The position numbers and the translations under genes are program-made. The notes below the pieces were generated by a model. That model was not told the origin of the DNA. It saw nothing but the letters and a program-made list of their open reading frames with translations, and did not search any database. Shown piece by piece: positions 9,829-19,662 of a DNA stretch of 64,000 nt. The stretch covers positions 448,001 to 512,000 of the forward strand of contig OY759599.1 in the NCBI GenBank assembly GCA_963662465.1, in the 5' to 3' direction. This DNA is from Desulfatiglandales bacterium (GTDB lineage Bacteria > Desulfobacterota > DSM-4660 > Desulfatiglandales > Desulfatiglandaceae). Numbering within the stretch: the stretch's first letter is position 1; every line of letters begins with the position of its first letter.

Positions 9829-9953
9829 GTGCTGCCTCCCTTTTTCACAGGTTTTATTCCGTTATTGTTTTACAGCCTAAGCAGAAAAGACTCAAGAATC
9901 AATTATAAATTGCGGCAATTCTCGTTTTGGGATTATGAGCTTTTCCCAAAAAC

Positions 9954-9978
9954 CGTTCCCACGCGGAGCGTGGGAACG
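9954..9978. repeat. REP palindrome, target of intron copy 2
   Basis: CGTTCCCACGCGGAGCGTGGGAACG, continued by AG after the intron. Confidence 0.8.
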
Positions 9979-11881
9979 GTGCGCCTGTGAAGGCGCTTTA
10001 TCAGTGCGGTGAAAGTCCGTACCGGAGTATGCCATAGCTCCGTAGCCGAAGGTAACTGCGTCGCCGCGAGGCGGGGTGGAGAGCAACCGGAGGCGAAAAG
10101 TCAGTCCGTAGGATGACGAACCCGATTCGGTGTCATGTGGTGGCGAGCCTACCGTTCCATGGTGAAGCCTGAAACTCACAGACCACGCTGTAATGGCGGT
10201 TAAAGCGATGGTTTGACGGCATGGTATGTTTGGGGTCGGAATGACTGGAAGGTAAAGCGAGATAAGCAGGGAGACCTGTCTCTTGGGGTGACAGGAGGCA
10301 GGAGTCAGAGTCCTCATAGTACCGTAGCGACAGAACGGTCCTGCTAACAAGGCTTACGGCGTGAGACCAGTACCCGCCGCCTGCGTCGGATACCGGGTTG
10401 TGAAAAGCGCGGATAGCAAAACCGTGCCGAGGGAAGGAGGATAGGAAGATAGATACGGAAAGGTCATATAGATGCAGCTAAATCAAGCAGTCTCGGCAGT
10501 GTTGGAAACAACTAAACGCGAGGCAGAAACCCGATGGGATTGGGTGGAAGCATCGGTGTGGACGGAACGTATGTTGGCAGCCCTGGGTAACGGGGTGAAA
10601 GGTGGTAAATGGTACAGTTTGATGGATAAGGTGTTCGCCTTGTCGACGCTGGAAGCGGCTTGGGGACGTGTCAAAGCCAATAAAGGAGCGGCAGGGATAG
10701 ACCGTATCAGCATAAAGCGCTTTAAGGAGCAGGCGGAGAAATACCTTGCCGAACTGCATGAAACCTTGAAAGCGGGAACGTACCGACCGGAAGCGGTAAA
10801 ACGGGTATACATTCCGAAAAGCGACGGCAAACAACGCCCGCTGGGGATACCCACGGTCAAAGACCGGGTAGTGCAGGCAGCGGTTAAAATGGTTATGGAG
10901 CCCATATTCGAGCATGAATTTCTGCCGATGAGTTACGGCTTCAGGCCGCAAAGAGGTTGCAAGGACGCGTTGCGAGAAGTAGACGCGCTTATTAAGGAAG
11001 GCTACACCTTCATACTGGACGCCGACCTGAAAAGTTACTTTGATACGATTCCGCACGATAAGCTGATGCAACAAGTCGAAATGCGCATCAGCGACGGCAA
11101 ATTGCTCAATCTGATTCAAATGTTCCTGAAACAGGACGTGATGGACGGCTTGGAAAGATGGACACCGACGGGTGGTTCGCCACAAGGGGCGGTAGTCAGC
11201 CCCTTGCTTGCGAATATTTACCTGCATCCTCTTGACAGCCTGATCGCGGAATCAGGTATGCGGATGGTGCGTTACGCGGACGACTTTGTTATCCTCAGCC
11301 GCAGTCAAACGGAAGCGGAGAATGCTTTGCAAAAGGTACGGGAGTGGGTACAGGCTAATGACCTGAGCTTACACCCGGACAAGACGCATCTTGGCGACTG
11401 TCGACAAAAGGGTCAGGGATTTGAATTCCTGGGATACCGGTTTGAGGCAGGAAAGCGCTGGATACGCAGTAAAAGCCGTAAAGCCCTTCGTGATAAAATC
11501 CGGGAAGAGACCCGGCGCAAACGTAGCGGAAGTATGGAAAGCATCATTGATGATCTGAACCCCATGCTTGAAGGCTGGTTTGGTTACTTCAAACACGCCT
11601 ACCGCACTGAGTTTGCGGCGGTGGATAAGTTTGTCCGCCGACGCTTACGCGCCGTATTATTGCGTCGTAACAAACGCAAGGGCTGGGGCAAAAGCCTTGA
11701 AGCCCACCGCCGCTGGCCGAATGCCTACTTCGCGAAAATCGGGCTTTTCACTATGCATGAGGCCCGGTTAGCAGCGTGCCGATCCCGATGAGGAAACTAT
11801 CGACCGGAGAGCCGTGTGCGGGAGAACCGCATGCACGGTTCGGAGGGAGGGGAGAGCCAAGAGGCTCTTTCCTACCCCTAT
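9979..11881 (+). mobile_element. Group II intron copy 2 (1903 bp)
   Basis: Near-identical to 5399-7301; GTGCGCC...ACCCCTAT. Confidence 0.95.
10472..11791 (+). CDS. ltrA: Group II intron reverse transcriptase/maturase
   Basis: Same protein as 5892-7211 except V->A in SLE(V/A)HRR. Confidence 0.95.
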   Translation: MQLNQAVSAVLETTKREAETRWDWVEASVWTERMLAALGNGVKGGKWYSLMDKVFALSTLEAAWGRVKANKGAAGIDRISIKRFKEQAEKYLAELHETLKAGTYRPEAVKRVYIPKSDGKQRPLGIPTVKDRVVQAAVKMVMEPIFEHEFLPMSYGFRPQRGCKDALREVDALIKEGYTFILDADLKSYFDTIPHDKLMQQVEMRISDGKLLNLIQMFLKQDVMDGLERWTPTGGSPQGAVVSPLLANIYLHPLDSLIAESGMRMVRYADDFVILSRSQTEAENALQKVREWVQANDLSLHPDKTHLGDCRQKGQGFEFLGYRFEAGKRWIRSKSRKALRDKIREETRRKRSGSMESIIDDLNPMLEGWFGYFKHAYRTEFAAVDKFVRRRLRAVLLRRNKRKGWGKSLEAHRRWPNAYFAKIGLFTMHEARLAACRSR

Positions 11882-11938
11882 AGGGAAACTCAGAGAGAGA
11901 AGAAAAGGATGTTAAAAGGCCTTTTTAGCAGGTTATTG

Positions 11939-14239
11939 TCAATTGTCCGGGTTATCGGTTTTTGCCTTTAAAGCCGCCAAAACTTTCTCGGGGGTCATGG
12001 GAACGTCCCGCATCCGTACGCCTACCGCATCGTAGATGGCGTTGGCGATGGCCGGGGCCTGCAGAAAGAGACCCGATTCTCCAACGCTCTTGGCGCCGAA
12101 GGGTCCCGTGGGGTCGCCCAGTTCCACCAGTATGGTTTCATGTTCGGGCATGTCAAGGATCGTGGGGATTTTGTATTTGTCAAAGCCGTCCGTCAGCATG
12201 GCGCCGTTTTCCGGGCTGATGATGGGATCCTCAAAAAGCGCGAAACCGATCCCCTGGGCTGTGCCCCCTTCCAGTTGCCCCTCCACTATCGTGGGATTGA
12301 TGGCTTTTCCAATGTCGTGAACCGTAATCCATTTAACGACCTTTACGACGCCGGTTTCCGTGTCCACCTCAATCTCGGCAAACCCCGCCTGCCACGGCGG
12401 CGCGAAATCAGTGGGTTCAACGGTGGCATGGACCACCAGTTGTTCGCAATTTTTTTCATAGTTGTAGATCAAGTCAAAAGCGATATCCTTGTAATTCACG
12501 GTTTTTTCGGGTTCCGCGGTTACAAAGATCTTTTTATCCTTCATTTCAAGATCTTCCGGGTTGACCTCGAGTTTGGCCGCGGCCCTGGCCAGAAATTTTT
12601 CCCGGGCCATGCCCGCCGCTTTTTGGACGGCAAGGCCGATGCAGTAGCAGCCTCTTGAGGCGTGGGTTCCGATATCGAAACCGGTCACATCCGTGTCCCC
12701 CAGGAGTACGTTGATGTCGTCATAATCAATGCCCAGGGCCTCCGCCGCAATTTGAGCAAGAGAGCCGGCAATCCCCTGCCCGAGGTTGCCCGGCGATACG
12801 ATCAATGAACATCCCCCGTCTTCATTGAACTTGAGGGTGGCGTTGCTGTGTTCCAGGAGCATGGGCTGGGCGCCGCTGAGCCAGCCCATGGCGGCTACGC
12901 CGACGCCCCGTTTGATGGGACCGTCCGATATCATTTTCCCCCATTTGTCTTTCCAGCCGATCTTCTCCGCCCCGACGTCCAGACACTCGTCCAGCCCGCA
13001 ACTGGAGATGGCCGTGGAAGGAAACCAACCCAGGCCGCCCACGCCCCGGTGGTATTTTTTCCGGAACAGAACGGGATCCATGCCGATTTTCGCGCATGCC
13101 TCGTCCACCAGGGTTTCCCGTACGAAACTCGATTGCATGCCGCCGAAGCCCCGCATGGCGCCGCAGGCCAGATGGTTGGTATAAATGACTTCAATTTCCT
13201 GATGCATGCTTTCAAATTCATATTCCGTGATGTTGCTTGCCAGGCTCACACCGCAACCGGAGGCCATTTTACAGACGTATGCCCCGGCATCTCCCGTGTA
13301 CCTGGCTTGAAGCGCCTTGGGTGTTCCATCCTGTTTGAGACCCAGTTTCATATGAATTTTAGCGATGTGTTCCCGGGTGATGCGGTTTGCAAAATCCTCG
13401 TTGCGGTAGAATTTGGTTTTAACGGGGGCACCCGCTTTGATGGTCAGGGCCGCGCTGATATGCTCCGCACAAAGATCCGTGCCGGCGCCGAAACCGCAAC
13501 CCGCATAGGGTTGGATGACGCGAACGGCCGATTCCGTCAGATCGAACATATAGGCCAGCATGCGCTTGGCCATATGGGGCAGTTGAATCTGGCTCCAGAC
13601 GGTGAGCCGGCCATTCCGGTAGTCGGCCACGCTGCACGCATTTTCAAGGCCTGCCTGGATCTGTTTGCTGGTGCTGTAGACCCCTTCCACCACCGCATCG
13701 GATTCGCCGAAGCCTTTTTCCGCGTCTCCGTAACAGAAAACCGGCGTGGGCGGCACCGGGACATTGCCCGGCACGTTTCCATGCACCTGTGGCGCCCCTT
13801 CCTGAACGGCAGCTTCAATATCAAACACGGCGGGAAGCACCTCGTATGCCACATCAATGGCCGCCAGCGCAGCCCTGGCCACTTCCTCGTTTACCGCCGC
13901 CACCGCTGCAACGGGTTCTCCCACATACCGGACCTCGTCCCCGAACAAAAACATGTCCTGGGGTTCCCCATCGGGCAACTGATAGGTCATGACATTGATC
14001 GTAAAGATTTTTTGGGGAACATCCTTGCCCGTGACCACGGCCTTTACGCCGGGAATGGCCTCGGCTTTGGACGCGTCAATTTTTAGAATCCGCGCATGGG
14101 CGTGGGGACTGCGCAGCACTTTTCCCACGAGCATTCCGGGGAGCGATACGGTGGTGCAGTATTCGGCCTTGCCGGTAACCTTGTCATAACTTTCCTTTAG
14201 CGGAAATCGTTTTCCGACCACTTTCAGTTCGTTCTGCAT
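11939..14239 (-). CDS. Xanthine dehydrogenase family molybdopterin-binding subunit
   Basis: LRSPHAHARI, GCGFG, AMRGFG, THASR, VEGQLEGG, GAKSVGE motifs. Confidence 0.92.
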   Translation of the reverse strand: MQNELKVVGKRFPLKESYDKVTGKAEYCTTVSLPGMLVGKVLRSPHAHARILKIDASKAEAIPGVKAVVTGKDVPQKIFTINVMTYQLPDGEPQDMFLFGDEVRYVGEPVAAVAAVNEEVARAALAAIDVAYEVLPAVFDIEAAVQEGAPQVHGNVPGNVPVPPTPVFCYGDAEKGFGESDAVVEGVYSTSKQIQAGLENACSVADYRNGRLTVWSQIQLPHMAKRMLAYMFDLTESAVRVIQPYAGCGFGAGTDLCAEHISAALTIKAGAPVKTKFYRNEDFANRITREHIAKIHMKLGLKQDGTPKALQARYTGDAGAYVCKMASGCGVSLASNITEYEFESMHQEIEVIYTNHLACGAMRGFGGMQSSFVRETLVDEACAKIGMDPVLFRKKYHRGVGGLGWFPSTAISSCGLDECLDVGAEKIGWKDKWGKMISDGPIKRGVGVAAMGWLSGAQPMLLEHSNATLKFNEDGGCSLIVSPGNLGQGIAGSLAQIAAEALGIDYDDINVLLGDTDVTGFDIGTHASRGCYCIGLAVQKAAGMAREKFLARAAAKLEVNPEDLEMKDKKIFVTAEPEKTVNYKDIAFDLIYNYEKNCEQLVVHATVEPTDFAPPWQAGFAEIEVDTETGVVKVVKWITVHDIGKAINPTIVEGQLEGGTAQGIGFALFEDPIISPENGAMLTDGFDKYKIPTILDMPEHETILVELGDPTGPFGAKSVGESGLFLQAPAIANAIYDAVGVRMRDVPMTPEKVLAALKAKTDNPDN

Positions 14240-14241
14240 GG

Positions 14242-14712
14242 TTATTCACCTCCCTTTGCGGCATCGGTGACGGCCTCCAGAATTTTTTTGTAACCTGTAC
14301 ATCTGCAGAGATTCCCCGCCAGGCCGTCCTTGATTTCCTGGGACGTGGGATTGGGATTTTTGTTCAGCAATCCTTTAGCCGTAAGAATCATTCCCGGGGT
14401 GCAGTACCCACATTGCAGCGCCCCTTTTTCCATAAAGGATTTTTGGAGCGGGTCAAGCGTATTGCCCTTTGCGAGCCCTTCGATGGTGGTAATTTCCCGA
14501 TCCCTGACCGTCACCGCCAGGGTGACGCAGGAGAGGATGGGGATGCCGTCTACGAGTACGGTGCATGCGCCGCAGTCGCCGGAGCCGCAGCTTTCATGAA
14601 CCCCTCCGTAGCCCAGCTCGTCTCTCAAGACCTCCACCAGCAGGGCATGGGTATCCACCAGGGTATCGTATCGAACGCCGTTCACAATAAATGTTGCCTG
14701 CATCTTTCGCAT
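14242..14712 (-). CDS. Xanthine dehydrogenase family 2x[2Fe-2S] subunit
   Basis: CGSGDCGACTV, QCGYCTPG, GNLCRCTGY. Confidence 0.95.
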   Translation of the reverse strand: MRKMQATFIVNGVRYDTLVDTHALLVEVLRDELGYGGVHESCGSGDCGACTVLVDGIPILSCVTLAVTVRDREITTIEGLAKGNTLDPLQKSFMEKGALQCGYCTPGMILTAKGLLNKNPNPTSQEIKDGLAGNLCRCTGYKKILEAVTDAAKGGE

Positions 14713-14727
14713 CGCTTTTTCCTCCTC

Positions 14728-15612
14728 CTAATTCAAATATTCGGAAAGCGCTTTTCTTAACGCCCGATCGGTCAAAACCGCTATCATTTCACGCCGGTAT
14801 TGTGATGTGGAACGGATATCCGTAATGGGGCTGACCCCTTCATCGTCGGCGGCGGCCTGGGCGGCGGCCTTGATACGTGCAAGCGACGGTTTTTCCCCTT
14901 TGAGAATAGACTGGATATTGGATGCCAGGAATATAACGGGCGCAACCGCCCCCAAAGCGAGACGAACATCGGTCACCAGACCGTTTTGGACCACCGCCTT
15001 GACTGCCACCGCCACTTTGGCGATATCCTCCTTGGTACGCGCCAGATTCAGGAAAGCGCCGCAGCTGCCATCCCCCATGGGCGGCACCTTGATTTCGGTG
15101 ATAATTTCGTCCGGCGAAAGTCCTATCTTCCGTACATGGGCGGCGACGGAGGTAACCGGTATGCTCTTGATGCCGTTTCTTCCGGAAATGATGGCTTCGG
15201 CGTTAAAAGCGGCCAAAGTTGTGGCAACGTCGGATGCGGGATTGCACGCCGAAACGTTTCCCACGATGGTGCCCACATTTTTCACCTGAGCCGAACCGAT
15301 TTGTTTGATAGACTCCCAGAGGGGAGCGAAACCTGTTTTTAAAGCCGTTGATCTTTCAGCGTCCCCGAGGGTTGCGAGTGCCCCGATTCTGAGCGCACCC
15401 CCTTCCGTAAGTTCCAGGAACCTGAGTTCCCTGATACGTTGAATGGAGACGAGGACTTCGGGGTTTTTGAGTCTCCGCTTCATCTGATCCACCAGACTGA
15501 TGCCGCCCGCCATTATCGCGGCGTTAACGCCGTGACATCCCAAAATCTCGGAGGCCTCCGAAACCGTGCCTGCCTCATGGTAGTCAAAAGGGTATAGCTT
15601 TCTGTACAACAT
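14728..15612 (-). CDS. Xanthine dehydrogenase family FAD-binding subunit
   Basis: AGGISL, QVKNVGTIVGN, PITDIRSTSQYRR. Confidence 0.92.
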   Translation of the reverse strand: MLYRKLYPFDYHEAGTVSEASEILGCHGVNAAIMAGGISLVDQMKRRLKNPEVLVSIQRIRELRFLELTEGGALRIGALATLGDAERSTALKTGFAPLWESIKQIGSAQVKNVGTIVGNVSACNPASDVATTLAAFNAEAIISGRNGIKSIPVTSVAAHVRKIGLSPDEIITEIKVPPMGDGSCGAFLNLARTKEDIAKVAVAVKAVVQNGLVTDVRLALGAVAPVIFLASNIQSILKGEKPSLARIKAAAQAAADDEGVSPITDIRSTSQYRREMIAVLTDRALRKALSEYLN

Positions 15613-15688
15613 AAATTCCTCCTTCTCTCCAATTCAGGTTAACCTACGGAGTTCCCCCGAGACCTTGCGTCAGGGGCGCATTTCCATC

Positions 15689-17440
15689 CTACAGGGCCGC
15701 TTGTCTCAACGCCCGGGTGGCCTCCTCATCCACAGTCATGGTTTTGGGGTCGATGACCACGCCGTAGTCCTTTTCGGCACGATCCATTGAAACAAGCTCA
15801 TCTAAAACATCGGCCAGAACGACGTCTATTTTTCGTTCAAAAGGATTTCCGTATCCGCCGCCGCCGGTTTCGTCGATTTCATAAATGTCGCCCTTGTTGA
15901 GCATGACGAATTTGTGGACATCCGGATCTTCGGAAGAACCGTCGGCCCGCTTCACGTTCAGTTTGCTGGGAGCGGCGCCCTTTCCGCCCACGATGCCGAA
16001 GGGCGCTGTTTCCGGTTTCAGGCCGTCGCCGAAGTTATCCGACAGGATGCCGTCCCCTTCAACTCGGAAGCGATAGGCGGTTCCCATGCCGCCGCGCCAC
16101 TTTCCGGCCCCCGCGCTGTCCGTGAGATACTCATACTGAAGTACCGTATAGGGACATACCAGCTCATGGAGTTCGGGATCGGGGGATCTCAGGCCGCCGG
16201 CGCAGGAGATGACGCCCAGATGGTTCCAGCCGTCAAATCCCAGGGTGGCCCCGGCGCCTCCCTTGCACATGAAATGAATGTCGCCGAACAGTCTTCCGGT
16301 CCGGGGGTTCAATCCCATGGTGGCGGGGGCCGACCATCTGGCCCAGGCGGCCTGGACTCTTTCCGGAACCGCTTGCGCAAGTGCCAGCCAGATGGCTTCG
16401 GCGATGGTGGCGGTTCCGCAGATGGTGCAGGCTGTGCAGGCGGCCGGCTCCACGCAGTTGGCTACCGTTCCTTCCGGCGCAATGATCTGAATGGGCTTTA
16501 AGGACCCCTCGTTTTTCCGGATATCGGGATCGATGGTCATGAACAGGGCGAGACATACACTGGAGAAGGTGTTGGCCAGGGTGCTGTTGATGGATCCCTT
16601 CACCTGGGGATCGCTTCCGGTGAAATCGAAGCAAATGTCGTCCCCCTTAACCTTGATGGTCAGCTTGATTTTCACCATTTTACCGCGGTCGAACCCATCG
16701 TGATCCATGAACCTTTCAGCCGTGTATTCGCCGTCTGGAATTTTGGAGATTTCTTCCCGCATGTGCTTTTCCGTGGCCTCCACGATCTCATCCACGGCCT
16801 GTTCAAGGGTTTCCTGGCCGTACATGGCGATGCCCCGTTTCAGCTTACGTTCTCCCACCCGGGTGGCGCCTACCAGGCAGTTGAGATCACCATCCACAAG
16901 GAATTCCATTCGAACGTTTTTCAGGATCATGTTCCACACGCTTCGGTGGTATTCTCCCTTTTTGTAAAGCTTGGCAGGGGGAATCCGCAGGCCCTCCTCC
17001 CAGATGGAACCGGCTTCGGGGTTATACCCGCAGGCGCCGGTGGCCCCCGTATCCGCCATGTGTCCCTTGGCGGCGGCCCAGAAAACGATTTTGTCGCCGT
17101 CAAAAATGGGCCGCAGCACGGTAAAATCGGGTTTGTGGTTGTTGCCGCCCAGGTATGGGTCGTTGGTGACGATCACATCGCCGTCATGGATGTCGTCGCC
17201 ATAATATTTCATAACCGCCTTGAGACAGAAGGGAAGGGCGCCGGCCAGAACGGCGATATAGGGTTTCTGGGCGATCATCTGTCCTTTCGCGTCGAAAATG
17301 CCGGTGACAAAATCCCGGGCCTCGCTGAAGATGGGCGATCTGGATGTCCGCATCATGGTTTCCCCCATTTCGCTGCAAACCGAATCGAAACGATTGGCCA
17401 GCACCGATCTGAGAATTGGATCGAGTTTTGTCTTTCCCAT
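15689..17440 (-). CDS. Hydantoinase B/oxoprolinase family subunit
   Basis: RTSRSPIFSEARDF, NDPYLGGNNHKPD, HMADTG, DSAGAGKWRGG, TGGGGYGNP. Confidence 0.93.
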   Translation of the reverse strand: MGKTKLDPILRSVLANRFDSVCSEMGETMMRTSRSPIFSEARDFVTGIFDAKGQMIAQKPYIAVLAGALPFCLKAVMKYYGDDIHDGDVIVTNDPYLGGNNHKPDFTVLRPIFDGDKIVFWAAAKGHMADTGATGACGYNPEAGSIWEEGLRIPPAKLYKKGEYHRSVWNMILKNVRMEFLVDGDLNCLVGATRVGERKLKRGIAMYGQETLEQAVDEIVEATEKHMREEISKIPDGEYTAERFMDHDGFDRGKMVKIKLTIKVKGDDICFDFTGSDPQVKGSINSTLANTFSSVCLALFMTIDPDIRKNEGSLKPIQIIAPEGTVANCVEPAACTACTICGTATIAEAIWLALAQAVPERVQAAWARWSAPATMGLNPRTGRLFGDIHFMCKGGAGATLGFDGWNHLGVISCAGGLRSPDPELHELVCPYTVLQYEYLTDSAGAGKWRGGMGTAYRFRVEGDGILSDNFGDGLKPETAPFGIVGGKGAAPSKLNVKRADGSSEDPDVHKFVMLNKGDIYEIDETGGGGYGNPFERKIDVVLADVLDELVSMDRAEKDYGVVIDPKTMTVDEEATRALRQAAL

Positions 17441-17454
17441 TGTTTCACCTCCCT

Positions 17455-19569
17455 TTATTGATAAGGTTCTCTGAGTCTGTCGATGATGTCTTTTAATTTT
17501 TCATCTTTACGGTACATCACATAATTCTCAAAGGAATCGCACGTCAGATCGAAATCGGGCGGCACCACAATGGTGGTGGTGGGCTCTTCCACAATGGCCG
17601 GTCCGAAAATCATGTTGCCGTGTTTTAACAGCAGACCGTCGTATACGGGCGTGCTGACGGTTTTTCCTTCAAAAAAAACATCACGGTTGTTTTTTAACGC
17701 TTTGGAGGCATCGGGTCCGCTGCCGGGCGACGGTTGAAATTTGGGTTTTTCCGTTTCGCCCATGGATTGCAGTCGAATGTTAATTAATTCCAGTTCCGCC
17801 CCCGGCATGGAATATCCGTAGAGGGTGTCGTGGGTCTGGTGAAACAGTTTCGTCAGATATTTGATGTCTTCCCCGCGGACCTGGTTGGTTGACGCCATGG
17901 GGAGGGGCACATTGACCTCGTTGAACTGCCCGAGATATCGGATATCCACTGTAAAGCTGTTGTGAATCCGGTCTTCCGGGATGCCTTCGGTTCGAAGGGT
18001 GGATTTCGCTTCCGTTAGAAGATTGCCGCAGATGTCGCTGATGCGATGAATATTCACTTTGGCCAGTTCAATGGTGTAGGTATGCACGTAGTCGTGCTTG
18101 AGATCGCTCATGAGCATGCCTGACGCACAGAAAACCGATGAGCCGCGCGGTACGATGATCAGGGGAATGTCCTGGTCTTTGGCGATCATGGCCGCGTGAA
18201 TGGGGCCGGCGCCGCCCGCCACCACCATGGCAAAGTCCCGGGGGTTATGCCCCTTGGCCACGGAAACGAGGTTGACGCCCAGGGCCATATTGATGTTGAT
18301 CATCTTGTAGATGCCGGAGGCGGCTTCATTGACGGTGATCCCCAGCTTTTCGGCCACCTTTTCCCGAATGGCGCTGGTGGATGCCGCCTTGTCCAGTTTC
18401 ATGCCGCCGCCGTGGAAATAGTCCGGATCCAGATACCCCAGCACCAGGTCTACATCGGTAACCGTCGGCTCCGTACCCCCCTTGTCATAGCAGACGGGTC
18501 CCGGATCGGCGCCCGCGCTTTGGGGGCCCACCTGCAACAGACCGGAGGCATCCACCGAGGCGATGCTCCCGCCGCCGGCCCCGATGGTGACGATGTCCAG
18601 GACCGGCAGTGCTACCCGGTAACCGCCGATATCCCCTTCCGTGGTGATGGCGGGTTGACCGTCCTTGATCAGGCACACATCGAAACTGGTGCCGCCCATG
18701 TCCACGGTAATCAGATTGTTCAGCCCGTGGATGCCGGCTACGAACTGTCCCGCCACAGGACCCCCCGCGGGACCCGAGAGCAGCGTGTTCACGGCGAACC
18801 GACTGCTCATTTCAGGGGACATGACGCCCCCGTTGGACTGCATGATCAGGTAGGTGCCATTGAATCCGTTCTCCGCCAGTCGATTTCGGGAATGGTTCAG
18901 ATAACGGGACAGGATGGGTCCCACGTAGGCATTCAGGGCCACCGTGCTGTTGCGTTCATAGACGCGCACCTGGGGAAGAATTTCACTGGAAAGGGAAATG
19001 TACGTATCCGGGAACGCCTCCCTCAGCATTTCGCCGATGCGCTTTTCGTTCTCCCCGTTCATGAAGGCGAAAAGGGTGCTGACGCCGATGGCGGCGTAGT
19101 CTTTGCCTTTCATTTTTTCAATGATGGCTGCCAATTCGTCTTCGTTTAAGGGCGTTAAAATGTTGCCTTCACAGTCGACGCGCTCTTCCACCGTGTAGAT
19201 GTCGCGCCGTTTAATGAAAGGTTCAGGCGGCGCGTAGCGGGAGTCGTACTGGCGGTCCCTGAGTCCCCGTCTCATGTTGAGGACGTCTCTGAAACCGCCC
19301 GTGGTGATGAATGCCGTATGGGCGCCGTTTCGGGTCAGAACGGCGTTTGTGGTGATGGTGGTGCCATGCACAATGATTTCTACTTGTTTTAAAAATTGGG
19401 CTGAATCCATTGACAGATAATCGGCGATGGCTGAAAGACCTTTTCCAACGCCGATGTTCGGGTCTTTCGGCGTGGACAGGGACTTGAAAATGGCGTGATC
19501 GCCATTTTCGTCCAGCATGAGGAAATCCGTAAATGTTCCACCGACATCAATGCCGAGTTTGTATTTCAT
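17455..19569 (-). CDS. Hydantoinase A/oxoprolinase family ATP-binding subunit
   Basis: IDVGGTFTD, HGTT, SGPAGG, DMGGTSFD, GAGGGSI, GPQSAGADPGP. Confidence 0.93.
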   Translation of the reverse strand: MKYKLGIDVGGTFTDFLMLDENGDHAIFKSLSTPKDPNIGVGKGLSAIADYLSMDSAQFLKQVEIIVHGTTITTNAVLTRNGAHTAFITTGGFRDVLNMRRGLRDRQYDSRYAPPEPFIKRRDIYTVEERVDCEGNILTPLNEDELAAIIEKMKGKDYAAIGVSTLFAFMNGENEKRIGEMLREAFPDTYISLSSEILPQVRVYERNSTVALNAYVGPILSRYLNHSRNRLAENGFNGTYLIMQSNGGVMSPEMSSRFAVNTLLSGPAGGPVAGQFVAGIHGLNNLITVDMGGTSFDVCLIKDGQPAITTEGDIGGYRVALPVLDIVTIGAGGGSIASVDASGLLQVGPQSAGADPGPVCYDKGGTEPTVTDVDLVLGYLDPDYFHGGGMKLDKAASTSAIREKVAEKLGITVNEAASGIYKMININMALGVNLVSVAKGHNPRDFAMVVAGGAGPIHAAMIAKDQDIPLIIVPRGSSVFCASGMLMSDLKHDYVHTYTIELAKVNIHRISDICGNLLTEAKSTLRTEGIPEDRIHNSFTVDIRYLGQFNEVNVPLPMASTNQVRGEDIKYLTKLFHQTHDTLYGYSMPGAELELINIRLQSMGETEKPKFQPSPGSGPDASKALKNNRDVFFEGKTVSTPVYDGLLLKHGNMIFGPAIVEEPTTTIVVPPDFDLTCDSFENYVMYRKDEKLKDIIDRLREPYQ

Positions 19570-19662
19570 GAGGGCCTCCTTGTTCCGCGGGGCTTCAGGG
19601 GTTGGAAAAACATTTCTAAAAATTTAAAAAATCATCCGGAAATTTCCGTAAACCGGGGGGCA

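Noticed and set aside
821..11791. The three RTs as the DGR or retron RT
   Set aside because: All have maturase domains and lie within group II intron RNA ends with domains V/VI
12140..19149. Long plus-strand ORFs (e.g. 12848-14086, 18196-19149)
   Set aside because: Antisense shadows of well-supported minus-strand genes
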